This document shows positions 9,598 through 18,491 of a stretch of 64,000 nt of DNA, one piece after another (within the stretch, counting starts at the first letter, position 1; each line of letters begins with the position of its first letter). Source of the stretch: a plasmid; assembly GCF_054482595.1 (NCBI RefSeq), contig NZ_JBTHVH010000004.1. One strand, 5' to 3'. The translations under genes and the position numbers were made by a program. The notes below the pieces were generated by a model that saw only the letters and a program-made list of their open reading frames with translations, ran no database searches and had not been told where the DNA came from.

Positions 9598-9716
9598 GAA
9601 AACCGCCACTGCGCCGTTACCACCGCTGCGTTCGGTCAAGGTTCTGGACCAGTTGCGTGAGCGCATACGCTACTTGCATTACAGCTTACGAACCGAACAG
9701 GCTTATGTCCACTGGG
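9598..9716 (+). pseudogene. intI1: intI1, 5' 119 bp only, cut by IS26
   Basis: atgaaaaccgccactgcgccgttaccaccgctgcgttcggtcaaggttctggaccag...gtccactggg then ggcactgttgcaaa. Confidence 0.85.
9683..9711 (-). promoter_or_regulatory. Integron cassette promoter Pc, weak variant (TGGACA-17 bp-TAAGCT)
   Basis: Plus-strand agctta at 9683-9688 and tgtcca at 9706-9711. The IS26 junction is 6 bp beyond the -35. Confidence 0.6.
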
Positions 9717-10536
9717 GGCACTGTTGCAAATAGTCGGTGGTGATAAACTTATCATCCCCTTTTGCTGATGGAGCTGCACATGAACCCATTCAAAGGCCGG
9801 CATTTTCAGCGTGACATCATTCTGTGGGCCGTACGCTGGTACTGCAAATACGGCATCAGTTACCGTGAGCTGCAGGAGATGCTGGCTGAACGCGGAGTGA
9901 ATGTCGATCACTCCACGATTTACCGCTGGGTTCAGCGTTATGCGCCTGAAATGGAAAAACGGCTGCGCTGGTACTGGCGTAACCCTTCCGATCTTTGCCC
10001 GTGGCACATGGATGAAACCTACGTGAAGGTCAATGGCCGCTGGGCGTATCTGTACCGGGCCGTCGACAGCCGGGGCCGCACTGTCGATTTTTATCTCTCC
10101 TCCCGTCGTAACAGCAAAGCTGCATACCGGTTTCTGGGTAAAATCCTCAACAACGTGAAGAAGTGGCAGATCCCGCGATTCATCAACACGGATAAAGCGC
10201 CCGCCTATGGTCGCGCGCTTGCTCTGCTCAAACGCGAAGGCCGGTGCCCGTCTGACGTTGAACACCGACAGATTAAGTACCGGAACAACGTGATTGAATG
10301 CGATCATGGCAAACTGAAACGGATAATCGGCGCCACGCTGGGATTTAAATCCATGAAGACGGCTTACGCCACCATCAAAGGTATTGAGGTGATGCGTGCA
10401 CTACGCAAAGGCCAGGCCTCAGCATTTTATTATGGTGATCCCCTGGGCGAAATGCGCCTGGTAAGCAGAGTTTTTGAAATGTAAGGCCTTTGAATAAGAC
10501 AAAAGGCTGCCTCATCGCTAACTTTGCAACAGTGCC
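9717..10536 (+). mobile_element. IS26 copy 2
   Basis: IRs at 9717 and 10523-10536, with tnp26 at 9762-10484. Confidence 0.95.
9762..10484 (+). CDS. tnp26: IS26 transposase
   Basis: Identical 240-aa product. Confidence 0.95.
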   Translation: MLMELHMNPFKGRHFQRDIILWAVRWYCKYGISYRELQEMLAERGVNVDHSTIYRWVQRYAPEMEKRLRWYWRNPSDLCPWHMDETYVKVNGRWAYLYRAVDSRGRTVDFYLSSRRNSKAAYRFLGKILNNVKKWQIPRFINTDKAPAYGRALALLKREGRCPSDVEHRQIKYRNNVIECDHGKLKRIIGATLGFKSMKTAYATIKGIEVMRALRKGQASAFYYGDPLGEMRLVSRVFEM

Positions 10537-10964
10537 GTAAAGGCGGCCTTATCCACCATTTCCCGAACAAGCAGGCGCTAATATTCGCCCTGTTCGCGCG
10601 TCTGCTGGCAATCATGGAAGAAGCGATTACCGCGCTGATGCAACAGGATGGCGTGAGCTATGGCCGGTTTACCCGCGCCTATCTGAACTATCTGGCGGAT
10701 CTCACGGACACCCATGAAAGCCGCCAGCTTATGGTTTTGTCGCTGGCAATGCCCGATGAACCGGTGCTGCGCAAATGCTGGCGCGACTGGATGCTGGAGA
10801 AACTGGCGCAGGGCGATGAGCTGGATAACAGCCCAACCGGCACGCTGGTGCGCTACGCCGCTGACGGCATCTGGCTTTCGGAGTTGACGGAAGGGATCAC
10901 CATGAGCGCCGACCACCGTCGCGCGCTGGTTGACTCCCTGAATAAAATGACGCTTCCCGCGTGA
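10537..10964 (+). pseudogene. TetR-family regulator, 5'-truncated by IS26 (Δorf3 of the fosA3 module)
   Basis: A C-terminal ligand-binding-like fragment begins immediately after the IS26 IR. Confidence 0.6.
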
Positions 10965-10983
10965 AGCACAGACTGAGGCCGCG

Positions 10984-11772
10984 ATGCGCTACAACATCAA
11001 TGCCCGTTTTATCTACGACGCCACCGACGGAACCCTGACGCTGCCGCAAAGCGATGAACCGGACAGCCAGCTATCCCTCACCGCCAGCGCCCTGTTTAAC
11101 TATTTTCTGCGCCATACCGAGATTGTCAGCCGGGAAGATGTTCTGAAAAAAGTCTGGGATGACAATGGATTAACCTCATCCAACAGCAATCTGAATCAGT
11201 ATCTCAGCATGCTGCGGAAGACCTTTCGCCATTACGGCGTCGATAACATCATCGTCACCGTCTCGCGCGGCTATTTGCAGCTTAATCCCGAGGTCATTAT
11301 CGAAGCGCTGGACGACGCGCCGCCGGTTTCACCACAACAGACGCCTGCCGAACCGCCGCCCGTTACGACAACGCCAGACGCACCGCGCTCCGCACATGCT
11401 CGCGGGATGTGCTGGTACATGGCCGGAGCCTGCTTGCTCACCATTGCCCTGCTTCTGGTTGCCTTCAGTCTGGTCGGCATCAGTGAATCCCAGCCTATCG
11501 CGCTGACCCGCCTCAGCCATAGCCAGTGCGAACTGCTGGCCAGCGATGAAATGCGACGTTCGGTCAGTGAAGAGTCCTACGGCAAAAACTTCGATGAGGT
11601 ACGCCAGCGGCTGAATATTGCCTGTAAACCCGGTGAACGTTTTCTTTTCTTCTACGGCGATCGGCTCGAAACCAACGGGCTGGGGCGCGTGTTCCTTGCC
11701 CACTGCGCCATGCATGAAGATAACCCGTTCAGCTATTGCGATAACTACTTTTACTACTCCTGGAAGCCGTAA
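10984..11772 (+). CDS. CadC/OmpR-like winged-helix transcriptional regulator with a TM segment (orf2 of the fosA3 module)
   Basis: 262-aa product with an N-terminal DNA-binding-like region, a Pro-rich linker and a hydrophobic segment MCWYMAGACLLTIALLLVAFSLVG. Confidence 0.55.
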   Translation: MRYNINARFIYDATDGTLTLPQSDEPDSQLSLTASALFNYFLRHTEIVSREDVLKKVWDDNGLTSSNSNLNQYLSMLRKTFRHYGVDNIIVTVSRGYLQLNPEVIIEALDDAPPVSPQQTPAEPPPVTTTPDAPRSAHARGMCWYMAGACLLTIALLLVAFSLVGISESQPIALTRLSHSQCELLASDEMRRSVSEESYGKNFDEVRQRLNIACKPGERFLFFYGDRLETNGLGRVFLAHCAMHEDNPFSYCDNYFYYSWKP

Positions 11773-12290
11773 TGAGACTCGCGCCGCGTCCGTTCTTTGC
11801 CCTCTGCGTTCTGGTATTTATTGCCGCCGCCGCGTTTAGCGCCTGGCGGCTGCTGCCTGCCGACAACGCGGGTGTCATGAGCTGTTCCACTAAGGGCATC
11901 ATGCGCTTTGAGAACATGGACAAAGAGAACGTTAACGGCAATATTCACTTCAATTTTGGCGCGCAGGGTAAAGGCTCGATGGTGGTCGAAGGTTACACCG
12001 ACTCCGCCGCCGGCTGGCTCTACCTGCAACGCTACGTGAAGTTTACCTACAGCAGCAAACGCATCTCGGCCACCGAGCGTCATTACCGCATCAATCAGTG
12101 GGAATCGAGCGCCTCCTCGATTGATGAATCGCCGAACGTGATTTTCGACTACTTTATGCGCGAGATGTCCGACAGCCACGACGGGCTGTTTCTCAACGCT
12201 CAGAAGCTCAACGAAAAGGCTATCTTGCTCAGCTCTATCAATTCACCGCTGTGGATCTGCACGTTGAAATCCGGCAGTAAGCTGAACTAA
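11772..12290 (+). CDS. Hypothetical exported protein (orf1 of the fosA3 module)
   Basis: 172-aa product with a signal-like N-terminus. Its ATG overlaps the orf2 stop. Confidence 0.5.
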   Translation: MRLAPRPFFALCVLVFIAAAAFSAWRLLPADNAGVMSCSTKGIMRFENMDKENVNGNIHFNFGAQGKGSMVVEGYTDSAAGWLYLQRYVKFTYSSKRISATERHYRINQWESSASSIDESPNVIFDYFMREMSDSHDGLFLNAQKLNEKAILLSSINSPLWICTLKSGSKLN

Positions 12291-12294
12291 CCCG

Positions 12295-12711
12295 TCAATC
12301 AAAAAAGACCATCCCCTTGTAGGGGCGTTCGCGACAGGCGGCCAGCCGCTGCGCCAGATTCCCCACATGCAGCTCCAGCTTATGGCCGTCAGGGTCGAGA
12401 AAATAGTAAGACGCCCCTTCACTGCGGTTATCTTTCCATACCTCAGCCCCCGCCTGCGCCAGCAGAGCCACCACCCCGGCAAACTCTTCTTCCGCCACGC
12501 TGAAGGCGTAGTGGGTATAGTCGCTTTCCTGAGGGGGCGTTTTACGCCGCTGCTCATCCAGCGACAAGCACAGCCACAGCGCCCCACAGGAGAGATAGGC
12601 TCCGCTATCCCAGCTGGCGTGCAGGCGCATTCCAGGTAACTGCTGATAAAATGCCAGGCTTGACGCCAGATCGCTGACCGCCAGCGTCAGATGATTCAAT
12701 CCCTGCAGCAT
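12295..12711 (-). CDS. fosA3: Fosfomycin glutathione transferase FosA3
   Basis: 138-aa product [56 protein letters not shown]...KGMVFFD. Confidence 0.85.
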   Translation of the reverse strand: MLQGLNHLTLAVSDLASSLAFYQQLPGMRLHASWDSGAYLSCGALWLCLSLDEQRRKTPPQESDYTHYAFSVAEEEFAGVVALLAQAGAEVWKDNRSEGASYYFLDPDGHKLELHVGNLAQRLAACRERPYKGMVFFD

Positions 12712-13033
12712 GACTTTTCCTCCCGTTATCAAACCCTGTTGTAAACTGTGATCGGCGACGCATCCCCTCCCGGCCTCACCTCATCACCGGCTAAAAAGCG
12801 CATTTTTTGCGTTTAGCCTGCCATCGGAAACCTGCGCCTCGCCACACTAATCCCCGCTCTATGTTACCCCTTTTTTGAAATCATTTAGCAATCCAATAAC
12901 ATTTCATCCCCCCGGAAAAAGCGGGCTAAAAATCGCCTTATTGAAGACCAAATCAGCACCGACATTACAGCATAAAGACATAAATAAACGCCCTAAAAAG
13001 ACTAAATCACAGAGCTATATCCTAAATAATTAC

Positions 13034-14594
<1,561 letters not shown>

Positions 14595-14702
14595 CTGTCA
14601 GACCAAGTTTACTCATATATACTTTAGATTGATTTAAAACTTCATTTTTAATTTAAAAGGATCTAGGTGAAGATCCTTTTTGATAATCTCATGACCAAAA
14701 TC

Positions 14703-14740
14703 CCTTAACGTGAGTTTTCGTTCCACTGAGCGTCAGACCC
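14703..14740. repeat. Tn2/Tn3 38-bp IRR
   Basis: cttaacgtgagttttcgttccactgagcgtcagacccc. Confidence 0.85.
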
Positions 14741-15355
14741 CGTATATCGCTTGCTGATTACGTGCAGCTTTCCCTTCAGGCGGGATTCATACAGCGGCCA
14801 GCCATCCGTCATCCATATCACCACGTCAAAGGGTGACAGCAGGCTCAGAAGACGCTCCAGTGTGGCCAGAGTGCGTTCACCGAAAACGTGCGCCACAACT
14901 GTCCTCCGTATCCTGTCATACGCGTAAAACAGCCAGCGCTGACGTGATTTAGCACCGACGTAGCCCCACTGTTCGTCCATTTCAGCGCAGACAATCACAT
15001 CACTGCCCGGTTGTATGCGCGAGGTTACCGACTGCGGCCTGAGTTTTTTAAGTGACGTAAAACCGTGTTGAGGCCAACGCCCATAATGCGGGCAGTTGCC
15101 CGGCATCCAACGCCATTCATGGCCATATCAATGATTTTCTGGTGCGTACCGGGTTGAGAAGCGGTGTAAGTGAACTGCAGTTGCCATGTTTTACGGCAGT
15201 GAGAGCAGAGATAGCGCTGGTGTCCGGCAGTGCTTTTGCCGTTACGCACCACCCCGTCAGTAGCTGAACAGGAGGGACAGCTGATAGAAACAGAAGCCAC
15301 TGGAGCACCTCAAAAACACCATCATACACTAAATCAGTAAGTTGGCAGCATCACC
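14741..15355 (-). mobile_element. IS1 remnant (lacks ~150 bp of the insB end), abutting the Tn2 IRR
   Basis: It starts inside IS1 at gtatatcgcttgctgattacgtgcagc and ends at the IS1 IR ...gttggcagcatcacc. Confidence 0.85.
15025..15300 (-). CDS. insA: IS1 InsA (second copy)
   Basis: 91-aa product, near-identical to the first copy. Confidence 0.85.
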   Translation of the reverse strand: MASVSISCPSCSATDGVVRNGKSTAGHQRYLCSHCRKTWQLQFTYTASQPGTHQKIIDMAMNGVGCRATARIMGVGLNTVLRHLKNSGRSR

Positions 15356-15401
15356 CGATGCAGCTTTCGTCAATCATGACAGTTATGAGTTTTCCGGTTA
15401 C

Positions 15402-15725
15402 TTATCCATTTTTGCCAGCGTGTTCCGCAACATCTGTTTTACTGTTTACACAGCACTCTTCACGTAAGAATTCGATGATAGCTTCCAGTATTTCGTATTG
15501 AGAGACACACATGAGCGTTCGACTCTCCCGGTTTTGTGTGACGAGCCCTACTGATACCAGGGCTGAAATATGATGACTTAACGTTGATGAGGGAATGCCA
15601 AGCTGCTTTTGCAATTCACCTACAGGCAAACCTTGTTCTCCAGCTTTTACAAGATGTTTGAATATGAACAAACGGGTCGGGTGACCCAGCTCTTTTAGTG
15701 CTTTAGCTACTTCTTCCAGTTGCAT
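15402..15725 (-). CDS. arsR: ArsR/SmtB-family metalloregulator
   Basis: 107-aa product with HTH LFIFKHLVKAGEQGLPVGELQKQLGIPSSTLSHHISALVSVGLV and a C-terminal CC pair. Confidence 0.7.
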   Translation of the reverse strand: MQLEEVAKALKELGHPTRLFIFKHLVKAGEQGLPVGELQKQLGIPSSTLSHHISALVSVGLVTQNRESRTLMCVSQYEILEAIIEFLREECCVNSKTDVAEHAGKNG

Positions 15726-15830
15726 GTGACAACCCTCTGTCTAATGATATTTCGATAATACCAGAAATATCTTGACCAGAATTATATTTCGATTATTCTA
15801 GAAACGTAGATTTTGTCAAGAGGGTTTAGT

Positions 15831-16964
15831 ATGAATAGTTGGATTTCTATGCTGCAAGATGCCGCAGAGATGTTTTTGTTTTTGGCCGTCGAGCTATCTT
15901 TGCTGTTTATTGTCATCAGTGCCGGTGTGAGCCTGATAAGGCAAAAGGTCCCGGACCATAAAATCCAGCAATTGATAGGGGCGAAAAAAGGAAAAGGCTA
16001 CCTGCTGGCCTCGTTGTTGGGAGCCGTTACCCCTTTCTGTAGTTGCTCAACAATTCCAATGCTACGAGGGTTGTTGTCGGCGAAAGCAGGGTTTGGTCCG
16101 ACACTCACTTTTTTGTTTGTTTCACCGTTGCTTAATCCCATTATCGTGGGGTTAATGTGGGTTACCTTTGGCTGGAAAGTAACTTTGTTGTACGCGATCA
16201 TCGCTGCCGGTGTCTCAGTCCTTGCCAGTATCGTATTGGATTTACTAGGATTTGAACGTCATATTGTTGATCACAAAAACTCAGCATCAAGTGGTTGCAC
16301 CACGAAATGCGATGATTCCGAAGCTTCGGTAAAAACGTCGGCGGGTTCCAGTTGTTGCAGCACTAGCTCGACTCAATTGCCTTTAAAAACGAGTTGCTGT
16401 ACTTCATCAGCGAACCCCATAATTAACTTAAGGACGGTAAAGAACGAGCAGAACGTATCAGCGTGTTGTTCATCAATATCATCTGAACAACCAGCTGTTA
16501 GCTGTTGCAGCAGCGAGAATCTGGGCAATGTGAATCTCACAACGAATACCACCTCTGGCCCAATAAAGTTAGCTATGAAAGATGCCTTACAGCAGTTTAA
16601 GGATGTTCTGCCTTATCTTTTGTTAAGTGTATTAATAGGTTCATTTATTTATGGCTTTATCCCTTCAGAGTGGATTGCAGCTCATGCCGGAGCAGATAAT
16701 CCCTTAGCCATACCGCTGAGTGCAGTTGTTGGTATTCCGTTGTATATCCGCGCAGAGGCAGTGATACCACTTGCATCAGTGCTGATGACTAAAGGAATGG
16801 GCCTGGGGGCATTAATGGCCTTGATAATCGGTAGTGCTGGAGCGAGTTTGACAGAAGTAATACTGCTTAAATCAATGTTCAGAATGCCTATGATAGTCGC
16901 TTTTCTGACAGTAATCCTGGGTATGGCCATACTTATGGGGTATCTGACCCAATTGCTTTTTTAA
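15831..16964 (+). CDS. Putative ArsP-like permease (DUF318-type) with a Cys/Ser-rich central loop
   Basis: Product contains the TPFCSCSTIP motif typical of organoarsenical efflux permease ArsP. It has multiple TM segments and a CxxS/CC-rich hydrophilic loop. It is divergent from arsR. Confidence 0.55.
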   Translation: MNSWISMLQDAAEMFLFLAVELSLLFIVISAGVSLIRQKVPDHKIQQLIGAKKGKGYLLASLLGAVTPFCSCSTIPMLRGLLSAKAGFGPTLTFLFVSPLLNPIIVGLMWVTFGWKVTLLYAIIAAGVSVLASIVLDLLGFERHIVDHKNSASSGCTTKCDDSEASVKTSAGSSCCSTSSTQLPLKTSCCTSSANPIINLRTVKNEQNVSACCSSISSEQPAVSCCSSENLGNVNLTTNTTSGPIKLAMKDALQQFKDVLPYLLLSVLIGSFIYGFIPSEWIAAHAGADNPLAIPLSAVVGIPLYIRAEAVIPLASVLMTKGMGLGALMALIIGSAGASLTEVILLKSMFRMPMIVAFLTVILGMAILMGYLTQLLF

Positions 16965-16988
16965 TAATAATAGTAAGGGTCTTCTGGT

Positions 16989-17808
16989 GGCACTGTTGCA
17001 AATAGTCGGTGGTGATAAACTTATCATCCCCTTTTGCTGATGGAGCTGCACATGAACCCATTCAAAGGCCGGCATTTTCAGCGTGACATCATTCTGTGGG
17101 CCGTACGCTGGTACTGCAAATACGGCATCAGTTACCGTGAGCTGCAGGAGATGCTGGCTGAACGCGGAGTGAATGTCGATCACTCCACGATTTACCGCTG
17201 GGTTCAGCGTTATGCGCCTGAAATGGAAAAACGGCTGCGCTGGTACTGGCGTAACCCTTCCGATCTTTGCCCGTGGCACATGGATGAAACCTACGTGAAG
17301 GTCAATGGCCGCTGGGCGTATCTGTACCGGGCCGTCGACAGCCGGGGCCGCACTGTCGATTTTTATCTCTCCTCCCGTCGTAACAGCAAAGCTGCATACC
17401 GGTTTCTGGGTAAAATCCTCAACAACGTGAAGAAGTGGCAGATCCCGCGATTCATCAACACGGATAAAGCGCCCGCCTATGGTCGCGCGCTTGCTCTGCT
17501 CAAACGCGAAGGCCGGTGCCCGTCTGACGTTGAACACCGACAGATTAAGTACCGGAACAACGTGATTGAATGCGATCATGGCAAACTGAAACGGATAATC
17601 GGCGCCACGCTGGGATTTAAATCCATGAAGACGGCTTACGCCACCATCAAAGGTATTGAGGTGATGCGTGCACTACGCAAAGGCCAGGCCTCAGCATTTT
17701 ATTATGGTGATCCCCTGGGCGAAATGCGCCTGGTAAGCAGAGTTTTTGAAATGTAAGGCCTTTGAATAAGACAAAAGGCTGCCTCATCGCTAACTTTGCA
17801 ACAGTGCC
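16989..17808 (+). mobile_element. IS26 copy 4, flanked by an 8-bp direct repeat cttctggt
   Basis: IRs at 16989 and 17795-17808. cttctggt sits at 16981-16988 and again at 17809-17816. Confidence 0.95.
17034..17756 (+). CDS. tnp26: IS26 transposase
   Basis: Identical product. Confidence 0.95.
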   Translation: MLMELHMNPFKGRHFQRDIILWAVRWYCKYGISYRELQEMLAERGVNVDHSTIYRWVQRYAPEMEKRLRWYWRNPSDLCPWHMDETYVKVNGRWAYLYRAVDSRGRTVDFYLSSRRNSKAAYRFLGKILNNVKKWQIPRFINTDKAPAYGRALALLKREGRCPSDVEHRQIKYRNNVIECDHGKLKRIIGATLGFKSMKTAYATIKGIEVMRALRKGQASAFYYGDPLGEMRLVSRVFEM

Positions 17809-17919
17809 CTTCTGGTTTCATGTTGAACAAAGAAGACCCTTTAGCTTCTGTAATCCATTTAATCAGTCTGAATGAAATAGATTATAAATTCTGCTCTGCA
17901 TACCTGCTTAACCAAAGTC

Positions 17920-18272
17920 TCATGATTCTGATTGTCGGTACAGTGCCTGAATGTGGCATATCTGGGAGGTGCTGTACCCTGTTGCATCTGCCGTTTCTTT
18001 CTTGACCTGCCGGTAGTAAAGTACCTTTTGATGCCGTTCCTGAGCGACCTGTTTTCCCTGATATTTACCCAGCGTATGTGCGAGTTCAACTCCCTGCTTT
18101 TGGCGCTGGCGGTCAATTTGCTCGACCAGCAAAATATCATTGCGGTGACTGTCCATCAGTAAGCGACCCAGTTCCGGTCGGTCAAGTTTTGTACCGCTGA
18201 TATTCTCCCGGTAGTAACTGGCTATTTTATGCCCCCGCTCCTAAACAAACTGCTCCAGCATCTCTTTTGCCC
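17920..18272 (-). pseudogene. tnpR: Serine recombinase (resolvase-like) fragment lacking the N-terminal catalytic region
   Basis: Translation ...YYRENISGTKLDRPELGRLLMDSHRNDILLVEQIDR... plus an HTH-like tail. A stop precedes it, and it is divergent from the downstream tnpA. Confidence 0.4.
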
Positions 18273-18491
18273 GATCGGTGAACTGATCTTCCGTCTATGC
18301 CCTTAAATAAGTGCTGATGAACATTTTTTCACCGCATTACCGCATTTAGGTTATTGCATTTAATCTATCGCATATAGGCTATGTCGTTCATTGTGTGCCG
18401 TCACGTTTAGATTATGGTGTCAGGGTATACCCTTATGCGATAACCATTTTTGTTAAAAATAACGCATCGAATAATTTATGAGGAAAACTAT

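Larger units (their letters stand above)
7622..9716 (-). mobile_element. Class 1 integron remnant between IS26 copies: ΔintI1-attI1-aadA2-lnu(F)-44 bp of 3'-CS
   Basis: 5'-CS and attI1 sequence with intI1 cut after ~119 bp. Two cassettes carry aadA-type attC sites. The 3'-CS start gcactaagcacataattgctcacagccaaactatcaggtcaagt is cut by IS26. Confidence 0.8.

Noticed and set aside
8656-9666. 336-aa AadA ORF and 231-aa Arr ORF (43155-43850) with long N-terminal extensions ([18 protein letters not shown]...)
   Set aside because: The extensions are read-through of the attI1/5'-CS in frame. The real cassette starts are at 9447 (aadA2) and 43607 (arr-2).
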